From positions 156,105-220,104 of the forward strand of contig CASFCL010000001.1 of assembly GCA_949293255.1 (NCBI GenBank): DNA of 64,000 nt, written 5' to 3'. The notes under the pieces were generated by a model. That model did not search any database and had not been told where the DNA came from. It saw only the letters and a program-made list of their open reading frames with translations. Each line of letters begins with the position of its first letter. The stretch's first letter is position 1. This document shows, one piece after another, positions 46,183-56,615 of this stretch. Source of the stretch: an uncultured bacterium (GTDB taxonomy: Bacteria > Bacillota_I > Bacilli_A > RFN20 > CAG-826). The position numbers and the translations under genes are program-made.

Positions 46183-48327
46183 TTATTTTGCTTGTTTTAT
46201 TGATAAACCAATTCTTTTTCTTTGAACATCTAAAGAAATGACTTTTACTTTAACAATATCGTTAATTGAATAGAGGTCAGAGATGTTTTTAATGTATTTA
46301 TCACTAACTTCTGAAATATGTACTAAACCATCTTGATGGACGTTAATATCAATAAACATACCAAAATCCATGATATTTCTAACGGTTCCATTTAAGATCG
46401 TTCCAACTTTTAAATCTTCAATAGATTTGGCTTCATTATTTAATTCAACAATCTTAACATCTTCTCTAATATCTCGACCTGGTCGAATAATTTCTTTGAT
46501 GATATCTTCTAAAGTTTCTTCACCAACCGAATATTTTTTAACCACTTCTTCTTTATTAATTTTGGCTAATTTTAATTCTTTTTCATCTTTTGAATCATTT
46601 AATAAATCAATTTTATATTTATTTAAAATGTAATGAGCTACTTCATATGATTCTGGGTGAATATTTGTAGTATCTAAAATTTCTGTACCATCATAAATTC
46701 TTAAAAATCCTGCACATTGAACGAAGGCTTTTTCACCCATTCCTTTAACTTTTTTAAGTTCTTCACGGTTTGCGAATTTTTTAACTTTTAATGTTTCGTA
46801 AATATTTTTAGCTAAAGTTTTATTGATGCCACTAACATATTTTAAAATTGAAATACTAGCATTATTTAAATTAACACCGACAAGATTGACGCAATCTTCA
46901 ACAACATTTTCTAATGTGTCACCTAATTTTGTTTGATTCATATCATGTTGATATTGACCAACACCGATTGCTTTTGGATCAATTTTAACAAGTTCATTTA
47001 ATGGATCTTGAAGTCTTCTTGCTAAAGAAATTGCACTTCTTTTTTCAACCTGAAGTTCAGGAAATTCTTCTTTTCCAAGTTCACTAGCTGAATAAACACT
47101 TGCTCCAGACTCATTTACGATGAAAATTTTAATTTTTAAGCCATTTTCTTTAATAATTGAAGATAAAATTGCTTCTGATTCTCTTGAAGCAGTTCCGTTT
47201 CCTAAAGCAATATAATCAATATAATGTGTTTTTAAGAAATCTCTTAATTTGATTTTTTCTTTTTCAACTATATCTTTTTTATCGCTTGTAATATAAGTTA
47301 CTCCGATTGTTTTCATATCAGGAATACCTCGAGGATTAACTAAAGCAAATTTACATCCAGTTCTAAAACCAGGATCAAAACCTAAAATTACTTTATTTTT
47401 AAGAGGTGGATAAAGTAAAAGTGAACGAAGATTTTTCTTAAAAACTTTTAATGATTCATCTTCTGCTTTTTCAAAAAGATCACTTCTAATTTCATTTTCA
47501 ATTGAAGGATAGATAAGTCTTTTTAAACTATCTTCAATTACTTCATCTAAAATTTCTTTATAAGGATTATTTTTTGAAACTTTTTTTGCAATATAATCAA
47601 AAACATCGTCTTTATCAAATTCAATTCCAACTTTTAAACATTTTTGAGCTTCTCCTCTTGAGATTGCTAAGATTCTATGAGGTGGAATTTTTGAAACAAG
47701 TTCAGAATATTCTTTATATTGAGCGTAGGTATCTTTTTCATCTTTAGCGATTTCTTTTGAAGTAATTAAACCTTCTTTTAAGATTAAATCCTTTATATAT
47801 GTACGATATTTTGGTTCATCGGAAATTTCTTCTGCGATGATATCTTTTGCTCCTTGAAGAGCTTCTTCTTTGGTTTTAACACCTTTTTCTTCATTGATAA
47901 ATGTAGCTAAAAACTCTTCTAAACTTGGTTCTTTTTTACCTTCTTTAAGATAAATTGCTAATGGATCAAGTCCTTTTTGTTTAGCAATTGAGGCTCTTGT
48001 TTTCTTTTTTGGTTTATAAGGACGATAGATATCTTCAAGTTCAGAAAGTGTTTCAACATTTAAGATACTTTCTTTTAATTCATCAGTTAATTTACCTTGT
48101 TCTTCAATTGAATTTAAAACTGTATTGATTCTTTCATCTAACTTTCTTAAATAAATTAATCTTTCTTCTAAATTTCTTAAGTTATCATCGGTTAAATTGC
48201 CAGTCATCTCTTTTCTATAACGAGCAATAAAAGGAATTGTATTTCCTTCATCAATTAAATTGATTGCAACCTCAACTTGTTTAGGTCTTAAATTTAATTC
48301 TTCTGAGATTCGATTGATAATATCCAT
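46183..48327 (-). CDS. tex: Tex/YhgF RNA-binding transcriptional accessory protein
   Basis: GNTIPFIARYRKE, DPGFRTGCK, GASVYSAS, IGVGQYQHD, C-terminal S1 domain. Confidence 0.97.
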   Translation of the reverse strand: MDIINRISEELNLRPKQVEVAINLIDEGNTIPFIARYRKEMTGNLTDDNLRNLEERLIYLRKLDERINTVLNSIEEQGKLTDELKESILNVETLSELEDIYRPYKPKKKTRASIAKQKGLDPLAIYLKEGKKEPSLEEFLATFINEEKGVKTKEEALQGAKDIIAEEISDEPKYRTYIKDLILKEGLITSKEIAKDEKDTYAQYKEYSELVSKIPPHRILAISRGEAQKCLKVGIEFDKDDVFDYIAKKVSKNNPYKEILDEVIEDSLKRLIYPSIENEIRSDLFEKAEDESLKVFKKNLRSLLLYPPLKNKVILGFDPGFRTGCKFALVNPRGIPDMKTIGVTYITSDKKDIVEKEKIKLRDFLKTHYIDYIALGNGTASRESEAILSSIIKENGLKIKIFIVNESGASVYSASELGKEEFPELQVEKRSAISLARRLQDPLNELVKIDPKAIGVGQYQHDMNQTKLGDTLENVVEDCVNLVGVNLNNASISILKYVSGINKTLAKNIYETLKVKKFANREELKKVKGMGEKAFVQCAGFLRIYDGTEILDTTNIHPESYEVAHYILNKYKIDLLNDSKDEKELKLAKINKEEVVKKYSVGEETLEDIIKEIIRPGRDIREDVKIVELNNEAKSIEDLKVGTILNGTVRNIMDFGMFIDINVHQDGLVHISEVSDKYIKNISDLYSINDIVKVKVISLDVQRKRIGLSIKQAK

Positions 48328-48338
48328 TCTTTAACTCC

Positions 48339-49511
48339 TTATTCTATATATTCACTATCGAAATTAATTACGATAGTATAATTTTCGTTTTTAAAATCAT
48401 CTTGAATGATCTTTTTAATTTCTTCTTTACTAGTTTTAACATCAAAAGGTAAAACAATATCAAAAATAATATTGGTATTATGTTCTCCACTAACCATTCT
48501 TAAATCGTGAATTGATAATCTTTCGTCGATATTTTTAACTAATTTAGTAATTCTACTTTCTAAAATTGGAATTTCTTTATTTTTTGTATCGATTGGATCC
48601 ATATGAATTGTTAATAAAATATTATGTTTTTCCATTACTTCTTTTTCAATTTTATCGATTAATTCATGAGAAACGAATGTTGAAACATAGCCATCAACTT
48701 CAGCATGAAGTGTAACAAAAATCTTATTTTCTCCATAACTATGAGCAATTAAATCATGGATTCCTAAAATTCCTTCATAGCTTCTAACATCTTTTTCAAT
48801 TTCATCTACTATTTCTTTATCAATTGTTGTACCAATTAATGGAGAAGATGTTTCTTTAAGCATCTTAATTCCGCTAATTAAGATATAAACACTAACAATT
48901 AACGACATTGATGAATCTAAATACCATAAAGATGGATAGAAATATTGAATTAATGAAGCAATTAAAACTACTGAAGTTGAAACTACATCATTAATTGAAT
49001 CAATAAAACTAGCTTTTAAAGCAACTGAATTGATGATTTTTCCAATTTTATAGTTATATAAAGCAAGTAAAATCTTAAATAAAATAGATCCACCTAAAAT
49101 AATAAAGGCATAAATTGATAAATCTAAATTAGATTCTTGATTAATTAAATTCATTATTGAGGTGTAACCTAAAATTACACCGATAATTACGATAATAATA
49201 CAAACAATTAATCCAGCGATATATTCAATTCTTTGATGACCAAAAGGATGTTCTTTATCAGCTGGTTTTGATGACATCTTAAAACCAAATAAATTAACAA
49301 AGCAACTTAAAAAGTCGGTTAAGTTATTAATAGCATCTGAAATAATCGACATCGATGAAGAAATAATACCAATTAATAATTTAAAAGAAAAAAGTAAAGC
49401 ATTTATAATAATTCCTCCTATCGAGGCTAATAATCCATGTTTTTCTCTTACTTTTTTATCACTTACGTTTTGATAATCTTTAATAAATAATTTTCTAAGT
49501 AATGTTATCAT
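48339..49511 (-). CDS. Cation diffusion facilitator family transporter
   Basis: DAINNLTD, KPADKEHPFGHQRIEY, HDLIAHSYG, duplicated C-terminal ZT_dimer-like domain. Confidence 0.95.
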   Translation of the reverse strand: MITLLRKLFIKDYQNVSDKKVREKHGLLASIGGIIINALLFSFKLLIGIISSSMSIISDAINNLTDFLSCFVNLFGFKMSSKPADKEHPFGHQRIEYIAGLIVCIIIVIIGVILGYTSIMNLINQESNLDLSIYAFIILGGSILFKILLALYNYKIGKIINSVALKASFIDSINDVVSTSVVLIASLIQYFYPSLWYLDSSMSLIVSVYILISGIKMLKETSSPLIGTTIDKEIVDEIEKDVRSYEGILGIHDLIAHSYGENKIFVTLHAEVDGYVSTFVSHELIDKIEKEVMEKHNILLTIHMDPIDTKNKEIPILESRITKLVKNIDERLSIHDLRMVSGEHNTNIIFDIVLPFDVKTSKEEIKKIIQDDFKNENYTIVINFDSEYIE

Positions 49512-49680
49512 TGAGATAATATTTTATACTTTTTAAGTATAAATTTCGATAAAAATACATCAATTTTTTGATTAAAAATTACTAAATTTTAGGGTTAAAA
49601 AACTCTTATAAAAATTTCTTAATATTCTTTTAATTTCTCCTTGATTTTAGAACGCTATTTGATATAATTTATAAACGCAT

Positions 49681-49757
49681 CGGGGCGTAGCGTAGCTTGG
49701 TATCGCGTCTGCTTTGGGAGCAGAAGGCCGCTGGTTCAAATCCAGTCGCCCCGACCA
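49681..49757 (+). tRNA. tRNA-Pro (TGG)
   Basis: Cloverleaf CGGGGCG/CGCCCCG, anticodon arm TCTGC-TTTGGGA-GCAGA, GGTTCAAATCC, encoded CCA; upstream TTGATT..TGATATAAT promoter. Confidence 0.97.
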
Positions 49758-49858
49758 TTATTACTTATATCTCAATCATCACGATTGAGTTTTTTATTAA
49801 AAATATGCTTTTATTGAAAATATTCTCTAATTAGCATATAGTTATTAAAGAAAAAAGT

Positions 49859-49935
49859 GCGCCATTAGCTCAACTGGATAGAGTGTCTGGCTACGAACCA
49901 GGAGGTTACGAGTTCGATTCTTGTATGGCGCGCCA
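49859..49935 (+). tRNA. tRNA-Arg (ACG)
   Basis: GCGCCAT/ATGGCGC acceptor stem, anticodon arm TCTGG-CTACGAA-CCAGG, GTTCGATT, encoded CCA. Confidence 0.97.
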
Positions 49936-49944
49936 CTTGAAATT

Positions 49945-49972
49945 AAAAGGTCCGATTCTATCGGACCTTTTT
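49945..49972. terminator. Bidirectional terminator (tRNA-Arg / MFS gene)
   Basis: AAAAGGTCCGAT/ATCGGACCTTTT. Confidence 0.88.
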
Positions 49973-49981
49973 TGTTATTTT

Positions 49982-51793
49982 TTATTCTTGATCTTTATTT
50001 TCTTTAGCGGCTTTTTTAGCTTCTTGTTTTGCTTTCTTTTCTTCGAGTTTACGTTTTCTTTCAGCTTCTTTTAATGCTTTTGCTTCTTGATATTTTCTTT
50101 CTTCTTCTTCGAAATCAAGACCTTTCTTTTCACATTTTACTTTAAGTTCTTTAACTCTATTTTCTTCAGCAAGTCTTTCTTGTTCGATTTCTTCAAGTCT
50201 CATTCTTTCTTCTGGTTCAATCCATTCTTTACCACTAGCAAGACATTCAGCTTTTTGTCTTTCAAGAATGATTCTACGATCTTCTGGGTTGAATTTTTCA
50301 ACATTCATGAAGAGCATGATAATAAAGATTGCTGCATAGCAAATTGTTTCTCCACCAATGAATAAGACTTCCATTGAGGTTCTAAGCTCAGGAGTAATAA
50401 GTGTTAAAGGATTTGCTGCATCATAACCACAAGCACCTAAAACACCATTGATGATACCATTAGCAAGTCCGCTCATACCAACCATGATAGCACCATAAAT
50501 TGTCATGGTAAGACCATCACTTCTAAATCCGTTTTTAGCTTCGTTATGATCTAAAACATCACTTAATAATGCTAATGAGATATACATAGCAGGTGTTGAA
50601 CCTAATGCTTTAATAGCAAATGAAGTAGCAACTAAATAGAAATTATCAGGAGCAATAAATCCTAAAAGTCCGCCTATAGTCGATAAAATTGCACCAAATA
50701 AGATTGATCTTCCTTTTCCAATTTTATTAGCAAGTGGCCAAACAATTACCATACCTAAGGCAGTTGGAATTGCACCAATAATTGCTAAAGTTCCTGACCA
50801 AGCACCACCAGCGACAACTGAGTATGCTCCGTTTTCTCCTGGGAACCAAGAGATACAATAATATAATTGTGAACAATTCTTAAGCATTCCTCCGAATTGA
50901 TATAAGAAGAAGAATACAATAATTATCCACCAGAATTTATCTTTTAAAACTGCTTTTGCTTGATCTTTAGTTTTAACAGGTTTAATTTCAACCTTTTCGT
51001 CTCTATCAACAAAAGCAAATGATTCTTCGGTAATTCTTTCTCTTGTGAAGTAGTATTCAACTAAAATACCTAAAACTGTAATAAGAATTAAAGCGATTGT
51101 AACTACTTTCCAAGCAGTCATACTTGCTGCTGCATCAACACCGCCAGCACCATTATCAACAAATAATAAGCCTAAGAAGAATGGCATAATCATTGTTGTT
51201 AATCCCATTGCTGCTAATGCGGTAGCATTGGAGATTGTTGCAAGTAAACTTCTATCTTTACTGTTTCTTGTTGATAAAGTAACAAGTGCAGAGTGAGAAG
51301 TATAATAGAATGGATAAGCAACTGAGAAATATAAATTATAACCAACTGCTACCCAAATAAGTGTCCAAATATCTCCACCAGTTGGATCAGTAGCTCTACT
51401 TAATGGTTGAGGAGCAAAGAAAATTACAATTAAAGCAATTGCAATTAATGGTAAAGAGACTAAAAGTAATGGTCTAGCTTTACCAGCTCTTGTTTTAGCT
51501 TTATCCATCAATTTTCCAACGACGATATTGCCTAAAACGACTAAAGCGACTGAAAGGACAGGTAATAAAATTGAGAAAACTGTTCCCCAAGTTGTTGATG
51601 TTAAGCCTAAAACATCAGTCCAAAACCTATTTAAGTAAGCACTTAAAATGGAGTTAGAAAGAATTGCAAGAACAGGTCCAATAAAATAACCTAATCCACC
51701 TTCTGGAAAAATAGATACTTTCGAAGATTTTACTTTTGTAGAAAGCATAGGATTTTCGAAAATACTTTTCTTCCCTTTTTGTTCTGTTTCCAT
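49982..51793 (-). CDS. MFS (GPH/MelB-like) sugar transporter with a long charged C-terminal tail
   Basis: About 12 TM helices, DKAKTRAGKARP, DVLDHNEAKNGFRSDG; roughly 100-aa E/K-rich tail. Confidence 0.92.
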   Translation of the reverse strand: METEQKGKKSIFENPMLSTKVKSSKVSIFPEGGLGYFIGPVLAILSNSILSAYLNRFWTDVLGLTSTTWGTVFSILLPVLSVALVVLGNIVVGKLMDKAKTRAGKARPLLLVSLPLIAIALIVIFFAPQPLSRATDPTGGDIWTLIWVAVGYNLYFSVAYPFYYTSHSALVTLSTRNSKDRSLLATISNATALAAMGLTTMIMPFFLGLLFVDNGAGGVDAAASMTAWKVVTIALILITVLGILVEYYFTRERITEESFAFVDRDEKVEIKPVKTKDQAKAVLKDKFWWIIIVFFFLYQFGGMLKNCSQLYYCISWFPGENGAYSVVAGGAWSGTLAIIGAIPTALGMVIVWPLANKIGKGRSILFGAILSTIGGLLGFIAPDNFYLVATSFAIKALGSTPAMYISLALLSDVLDHNEAKNGFRSDGLTMTIYGAIMVGMSGLANGIINGVLGACGYDAANPLTLITPELRTSMEVLFIGGETICYAAIFIIMLFMNVEKFNPEDRRIILERQKAECLASGKEWIEPEERMRLEEIEQERLAEENRVKELKVKCEKKGLDFEEEERKYQEAKALKEAERKRKLEEKKAKQEAKKAAKENKDQE

Positions 51794-51832
51794 AAAAAAT
51801 ACCCTTCCTTTTTATAATAAATATTATCTTCT

Positions 51833-51846
51833 TGTAAGCGCTTACA
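51833..51846. promoter_or_regulatory. cre (CcpA/LacI-type) site in the MFS promoter spacer
   Basis: Perfect palindrome TGTAAGCGCTTACA within TTGATT-17bp-GATAAT on the minus strand. Confidence 0.8.
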
Positions 51847-51974
51847 ATCAATAGAAACTAATTCTAATTAGATTAGAATTATATTAAATTTTTTCATTTT
51901 TACAGTGTAAATATTTTTGAAAAAACTCGTATTTCTAAATTAAAAACCTTGCAAAAAGCCAATATTTTTTAAAA

Positions 51975-54530
51975 CTATTTTAATTTCTCACTAAATTCGT
52001 ATTTACCGTTTGAGAGCTCTTTTATATCTCCACTAGGTAAAACGAGTCTACATTTACTCATTAAAGGAACTTCTACTTTTATTGAAAATTCACCATCTTT
52101 AATTTCATATTTAATATAGATTTTTCCAAATGCAGAATGAGTATATGCTTCAACCATATTTAATTTATCAGTTAAAACAGGTTTTACTTCAAATGATTCA
52201 TAACCAGGAGTTAATGAAGAGATACCAGCAACTCTAGAATATAAGAAGTTACCGATTGCTCCACTAGCGTAATGATTATAAGAGATCATCCCACCAGTTC
52301 CATCTTCTTTGATGTTACATTCTCCATTTTCATCTAAGCCGTTCCATCTTTCCCAAATGGTAGTTCCACCAACCTTAACTTCATAAAGCCAAGAAGGACA
52401 TTCAGTATTAAATAACATATTGAATGCTTCTTCTTTTTTACCATTATCAAGTAAAGCAAATAAAATATAAGGTGTTCCTGGGAATCCAGTCATAACTTTA
52501 TAATCGACACTCTTAATTAAATTGACTAAGTTATCTAATGTTTTTTCTTTTTTAGAATTTAACATATCAAAATAAATTGGTAAAACGTATCCAGTTTGGA
52601 ATTCTTCTTTTACTAATTTTGCATTGTCATCTAAAAGAATTGATTCATAAGCATCACTTACTTTATTTGCCAAATCTTTATAATATTCTTCATCTTCTTT
52701 AATCTTTAAAATTTTAGCAATTTCACTAAGTCTAGAAGCGCTAGCTTTTAATGATGCAGTTGCTGTAAATGGATGTCGACCTTGCCAAACTGACATTTTA
52801 TCGATATCCGGAGCAACCCAATCTCCAAAATGGATCATCGAAATTGACTTCCAAATGTATTTTTTCTTACCAAATGATAAGAAATTTGCCCACCATAAGC
52901 ATGCTTTTACATAATTTTTCATCGAATGATAATAAAATGATAAGAAATCAGTGTTTCCAGTGACTCTATAAAGTTCATAAGGAACATTTATAATTGCATC
53001 ACCCCAAAATTCACAAGCAACTGTTGGCATTGTAGTTGGGAATCCATATCCTTGAGAAGGAATTGTATTAGGAATTCCACCACTTTTTAATTGTTCACTT
53101 TTCATATCAATGAGCCATTTATCTAAAAATTTTGTGATATCATAGTTAAAAACAGCTGTTGGGGCAAAAACATTGATATCTCCTGTCCAACCCATTCTTT
53201 CATCTCTTTGAGGACAATCAGTTGGAATTTCAACAAAGTTACTTCTTAAAGACCAGGTGATATTTTGTTGTAATCTATTAATTAGTGGATCTGAACAAGT
53301 AAAATCTCCAATCTTTTTAATATCTGAATATAGAGCGAATGCTTCAATTTCAACTTTATCTAATGAGATGCCTTCAATTGAGATATATCTAAATCCCATA
53401 TAGGTAAATGTTGGTTTATAAACTTGATCACCTTTATGAGGATAGTAAATAAATCTTGCTTTAGCAGTTCTTAAAAAAGCTGTATTTAAATCTTTATCTT
53501 TAGTTAAAATTTCTGCGTGCTTAACAATAATTTCTTCGTTCCCATCGCAGTTTTTTAAATTTATTTTAACAATACCAGCAAAGTTTTGTTTAAAATCAAA
53601 GATATGTTTTCCATTTATTTCATGTAAATATTCTGGTTTTAAAACTTCATGTTCTTTAACTAAACTTCCATAAGTTGCTCTTATTGTTGGATTTATATTT
53701 ACATTTTCAATGATTGCATTATGGAATCCATAATCTTTTTCATCAAAACGAGCATCAAAAACTTCTCCATCATATAAATCAGCTTCTTTAAATTCGGTAT
53801 TATGAGAAACTTTCCAAGATGTATCTGTAGGAATTATATCTTCGCTACCATCTTCATATTTAATTCGAAGTTCCAATTTTAATGCTTGTCGAGTGGAGGT
53901 AATTCTATTAACTCTTGTCATAACAAAAGAGCCAACTGCCCATCCTCCAGCTACATAAACTCTAATTTCGTTTTCTTCTTTTAAAGAAGATAAAACATCA
54001 TAAACTTGATATTGAAGTTGATGTTTATAGGAGGTAAATCCTGGTGCAAAATAGTCTTCTCCAACATAGTTACCATTAACTTTAATTTTATAAATACCAA
54101 TTGCTGTAGAATAAATTTTTGCACTAACTACTTTCTTATCAAATTTGACATTTTTTAAAAATAATAAGGTTTTAGGGGAGATTTTTTTCTCTTTAAAGAG
54201 ATATTCTCCATCACTAATCCATTTTCCACTAAATGGAATTTTCATTAATCCGGTTTCAAATTCAACTTCTTTTGTGTCGAAATTATCTTGATCATCTTTA
54301 GCAAAAACTTTTACTTTATAACTAGTTAAAGGTTTTAAATCATCAAATTCATACTTATAAAAAGACTTATTTAAAACATCAATTTTATGATTATTGAGTT
54401 CTAAATAAGCTTCTTTAATTTCAGTATTATTTCGATCACTAGAGTATGAAAAAGTAAATATTGGATAACTATTATCTGTAACTACATAACTAGAAGAATA
54501 TTCAACTTCTAACTTTTCTACTCTAATCAT
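51975..54530 (-). CDS. Alpha-L-rhamnosidase (GH78)
   Basis: FDFKQNFAG, PTDCPQRDERMGWTGD, FGDW, TTIWERW, SYNHY. Confidence 0.96.
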   Translation of the reverse strand: MIRVEKLEVEYSSSYVVTDNSYPIFTFSYSSDRNNTEIKEAYLELNNHKIDVLNKSFYKYEFDDLKPLTSYKVKVFAKDDQDNFDTKEVEFETGLMKIPFSGKWISDGEYLFKEKKISPKTLLFLKNVKFDKKVVSAKIYSTAIGIYKIKVNGNYVGEDYFAPGFTSYKHQLQYQVYDVLSSLKEENEIRVYVAGGWAVGSFVMTRVNRITSTRQALKLELRIKYEDGSEDIIPTDTSWKVSHNTEFKEADLYDGEVFDARFDEKDYGFHNAIIENVNINPTIRATYGSLVKEHEVLKPEYLHEINGKHIFDFKQNFAGIVKINLKNCDGNEEIIVKHAEILTKDKDLNTAFLRTAKARFIYYPHKGDQVYKPTFTYMGFRYISIEGISLDKVEIEAFALYSDIKKIGDFTCSDPLINRLQQNITWSLRSNFVEIPTDCPQRDERMGWTGDINVFAPTAVFNYDITKFLDKWLIDMKSEQLKSGGIPNTIPSQGYGFPTTMPTVACEFWGDAIINVPYELYRVTGNTDFLSFYYHSMKNYVKACLWWANFLSFGKKKYIWKSISMIHFGDWVAPDIDKMSVWQGRHPFTATASLKASASRLSEIAKILKIKEDEEYYKDLANKVSDAYESILLDDNAKLVKEEFQTGYVLPIYFDMLNSKKEKTLDNLVNLIKSVDYKVMTGFPGTPYILFALLDNGKKEEAFNMLFNTECPSWLYEVKVGGTTIWERWNGLDENGECNIKEDGTGGMISYNHYASGAIGNFLYSRVAGISSLTPGYESFEVKPVLTDKLNMVEAYTHSAFGKIYIKYEIKDGEFSIKVEVPLMSKCRLVLPSGDIKELSNGKYEFSEKLK

Positions 54531-54534
54531 AATA

Positions 54535-55356
54535 TTAATCCAAAACTTCCTTATTTAATTTAACATTAAATGGTTTTTCAAGCATCTTGAAGTTTTCCGA
54601 AGTGATAGTTTGTAATTTTGAATTAGCCATCGATCTTACTTTAACTAAAATTTCAGCACTCTTTTCGATTGTATCAATTAAACCCCAAGTTGAATCAAAA
54701 TCTTCACCTGTACAGAAGATTCCATGATGTGCCCAAATAACTGCATCATATTTTTTCATTAATTTTGAGGTTTCGATAGCAATTTCTTCTCCTCCAGGTA
54801 CCATCCAAGGAACAATTCCTACTCCCATTGGGAAGACAATTGGACATTCGGTAGCCATTTCCCAAAGTTCACGGGTGAAAACTTTAGTATCAAGAGGTAA
54901 AACAAAGGTTAAAGCGATAATATTTGTTGCATGACAATGATAAACAATACGATATTTGCCTTCTGTTCTTAATTTTACGACTTCTAAATTCATTAAATGT
55001 GAAGGAAGTTCACTTGTTGGTCTGCCACCATTAACAAGTCCCCAACAAATTTGATAATTATCACCAGTTTCATCAACACGAATAATGCAAATTGTATCTT
55101 CAGGATCATCTTTGACATTCATCATGTATTTTCCACTACCAGTAACTAAGAAATATTCGTTTTTAAGTGAAGGGACATGAGCACCGATTGGTTTAAATTC
55201 AGTATTTAAATTTAATTCTTCTTTAACGGATTCAATTTCTTCTTCTTTCATCCTATAAGAAAGGTTTCCACCGTTTCTTTCATGCCAACCTTTTTTATAA
55301 CCGTTATCGCAAACTCTAATAAATTGCTTAACAAATTTAGCTTCTAAAACTTTCAT
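54535..55356 (-). CDS. rhaD: Rhamnulose-1-phosphate aldolase
   Basis: GWHERNGGNLS, PTSELPSH, HCHATN, WAHHG. Confidence 0.97.
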   Translation of the reverse strand: MKVLEAKFVKQFIRVCDNGYKKGWHERNGGNLSYRMKEEEIESVKEELNLNTEFKPIGAHVPSLKNEYFLVTGSGKYMMNVKDDPEDTICIIRVDETGDNYQICWGLVNGGRPTSELPSHLMNLEVVKLRTEGKYRIVYHCHATNIIALTFVLPLDTKVFTRELWEMATECPIVFPMGVGIVPWMVPGGEEIAIETSKLMKKYDAVIWAHHGIFCTGEDFDSTWGLIDTIEKSAEILVKVRSMANSKLQTITSENFKMLEKPFNVKLNKEVLD

Positions 55357-55361
55357 ATTAT

Positions 55362-56615
55362 CTATCTCCTTTTACTTAAAACATCTTTTTCATAACGATG
55401 AATTTCTTCTAAGGCATCCATTCCTACTGGAACTCCGTTTTTATAGCAATAATAATCAAAAACCTTGCCAAAATTCATTGTTTTTAATCTTTCAGTTATG
55501 AACATACGATCGGTATAATTACCATCGTTTTCAATTCTTTTAAGTTCTTCAGTTGGTTCTAAAAGTGCTCTTAAGAATGCTTTTAAAGTTGATCTAACAC
55601 CAACTACATAAGCGTTTATTCTATTAATTGATGCATCAAAATAGTCTAAACCAACTGATGTCTTTTCAATAATATTGTTTCTAATTAAACTTCTAGCAAT
55701 TTCATTTAATTCATCATCAAATAAAACTACATGATCTGAATCCCATCTAACTGGACGAGAAACGTGAAGTAAAATATGAGGAACATATAATGAAACACTA
55801 CTAATTTTATCGCTAATATATTCGGTTGGATGATAATGACCTGCATCTAAAGTTAAAGCGATATTATTTTTGGTAGCATAACCTACATAAAATTCATTAC
55901 TACCTGTTGTATAAGCTTCGACTCCAATTCCAAAAACCTTCGATTCAACTGCATCAATATTATATTTTGGATCAATCTTTTCTTTTAAAATTTCATCTAA
56001 TGATTCTTTTAATCTTACTCTAGGAGCAAGTCTATCATATGGAATATCTTTATATCCATCTGGTACCCAAATATTAGTAACACATGGTTCACCTAATTCT
56101 TTTCCAAAATATTCACCAATTTTTCTAGCTCTTTTGCAATGTTCAATCCAGAAATTTCTAATTTCATCATCATTACTTGATAGTGTAAATCCTGAAACGG
56201 CTTTAGGATGAGAGAAGCAAGTTGGGTTAAAATCTAATCCAACATGATTCTTTTTAGCCCAATCAACCCAACTTGCAAAATGCCTTGGTTCGATTTGGTC
56301 TAAATCAATCTTTTCATCGGTATCAGCATAGATTGCATGAAGATTAATTTTATAATTTCCTGGAAGTAAGCTTAATGCTTCTTCTAAATCTTCTCTAACT
56401 TCTTTTACGTTTCTTGCTTTTCCTGGATAATTTCCGGTAGTTTGAATACCTCCACTAAGTGAATTACCACTTAAAAATCCGATTACATCATCAGTTTGCC
56501 AACAATGTAAAGAAATTTTGATTTTTGATAATCTTTCTAATGCTTTATCGGTATCAACACCAAGTTTTGCATATTCTTCTTTTACTTGAAGGTATTCTTT
56601 TTCGATATTATTCAT
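55362..56615 (-). CDS. rhaA: L-rhamnose isomerase
   Basis: SLHCWQ.DDV.GF, NYPGKAR, ESKVFGIG, RWDSDH. Confidence 0.98.
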   Translation of the reverse strand: MNNIEKEYLQVKEEYAKLGVDTDKALERLSKIKISLHCWQTDDVIGFLSGNSLSGGIQTTGNYPGKARNVKEVREDLEEALSLLPGNYKINLHAIYADTDEKIDLDQIEPRHFASWVDWAKKNHVGLDFNPTCFSHPKAVSGFTLSSNDDEIRNFWIEHCKRARKIGEYFGKELGEPCVTNIWVPDGYKDIPYDRLAPRVRLKESLDEILKEKIDPKYNIDAVESKVFGIGVEAYTTGSNEFYVGYATKNNIALTLDAGHYHPTEYISDKISSVSLYVPHILLHVSRPVRWDSDHVVLFDDELNEIARSLIRNNIIEKTSVGLDYFDASINRINAYVVGVRSTLKAFLRALLEPTEELKRIENDGNYTDRMFITERLKTMNFGKVFDYYCYKNGVPVGMDALEEIHRYEKDVLSKRR

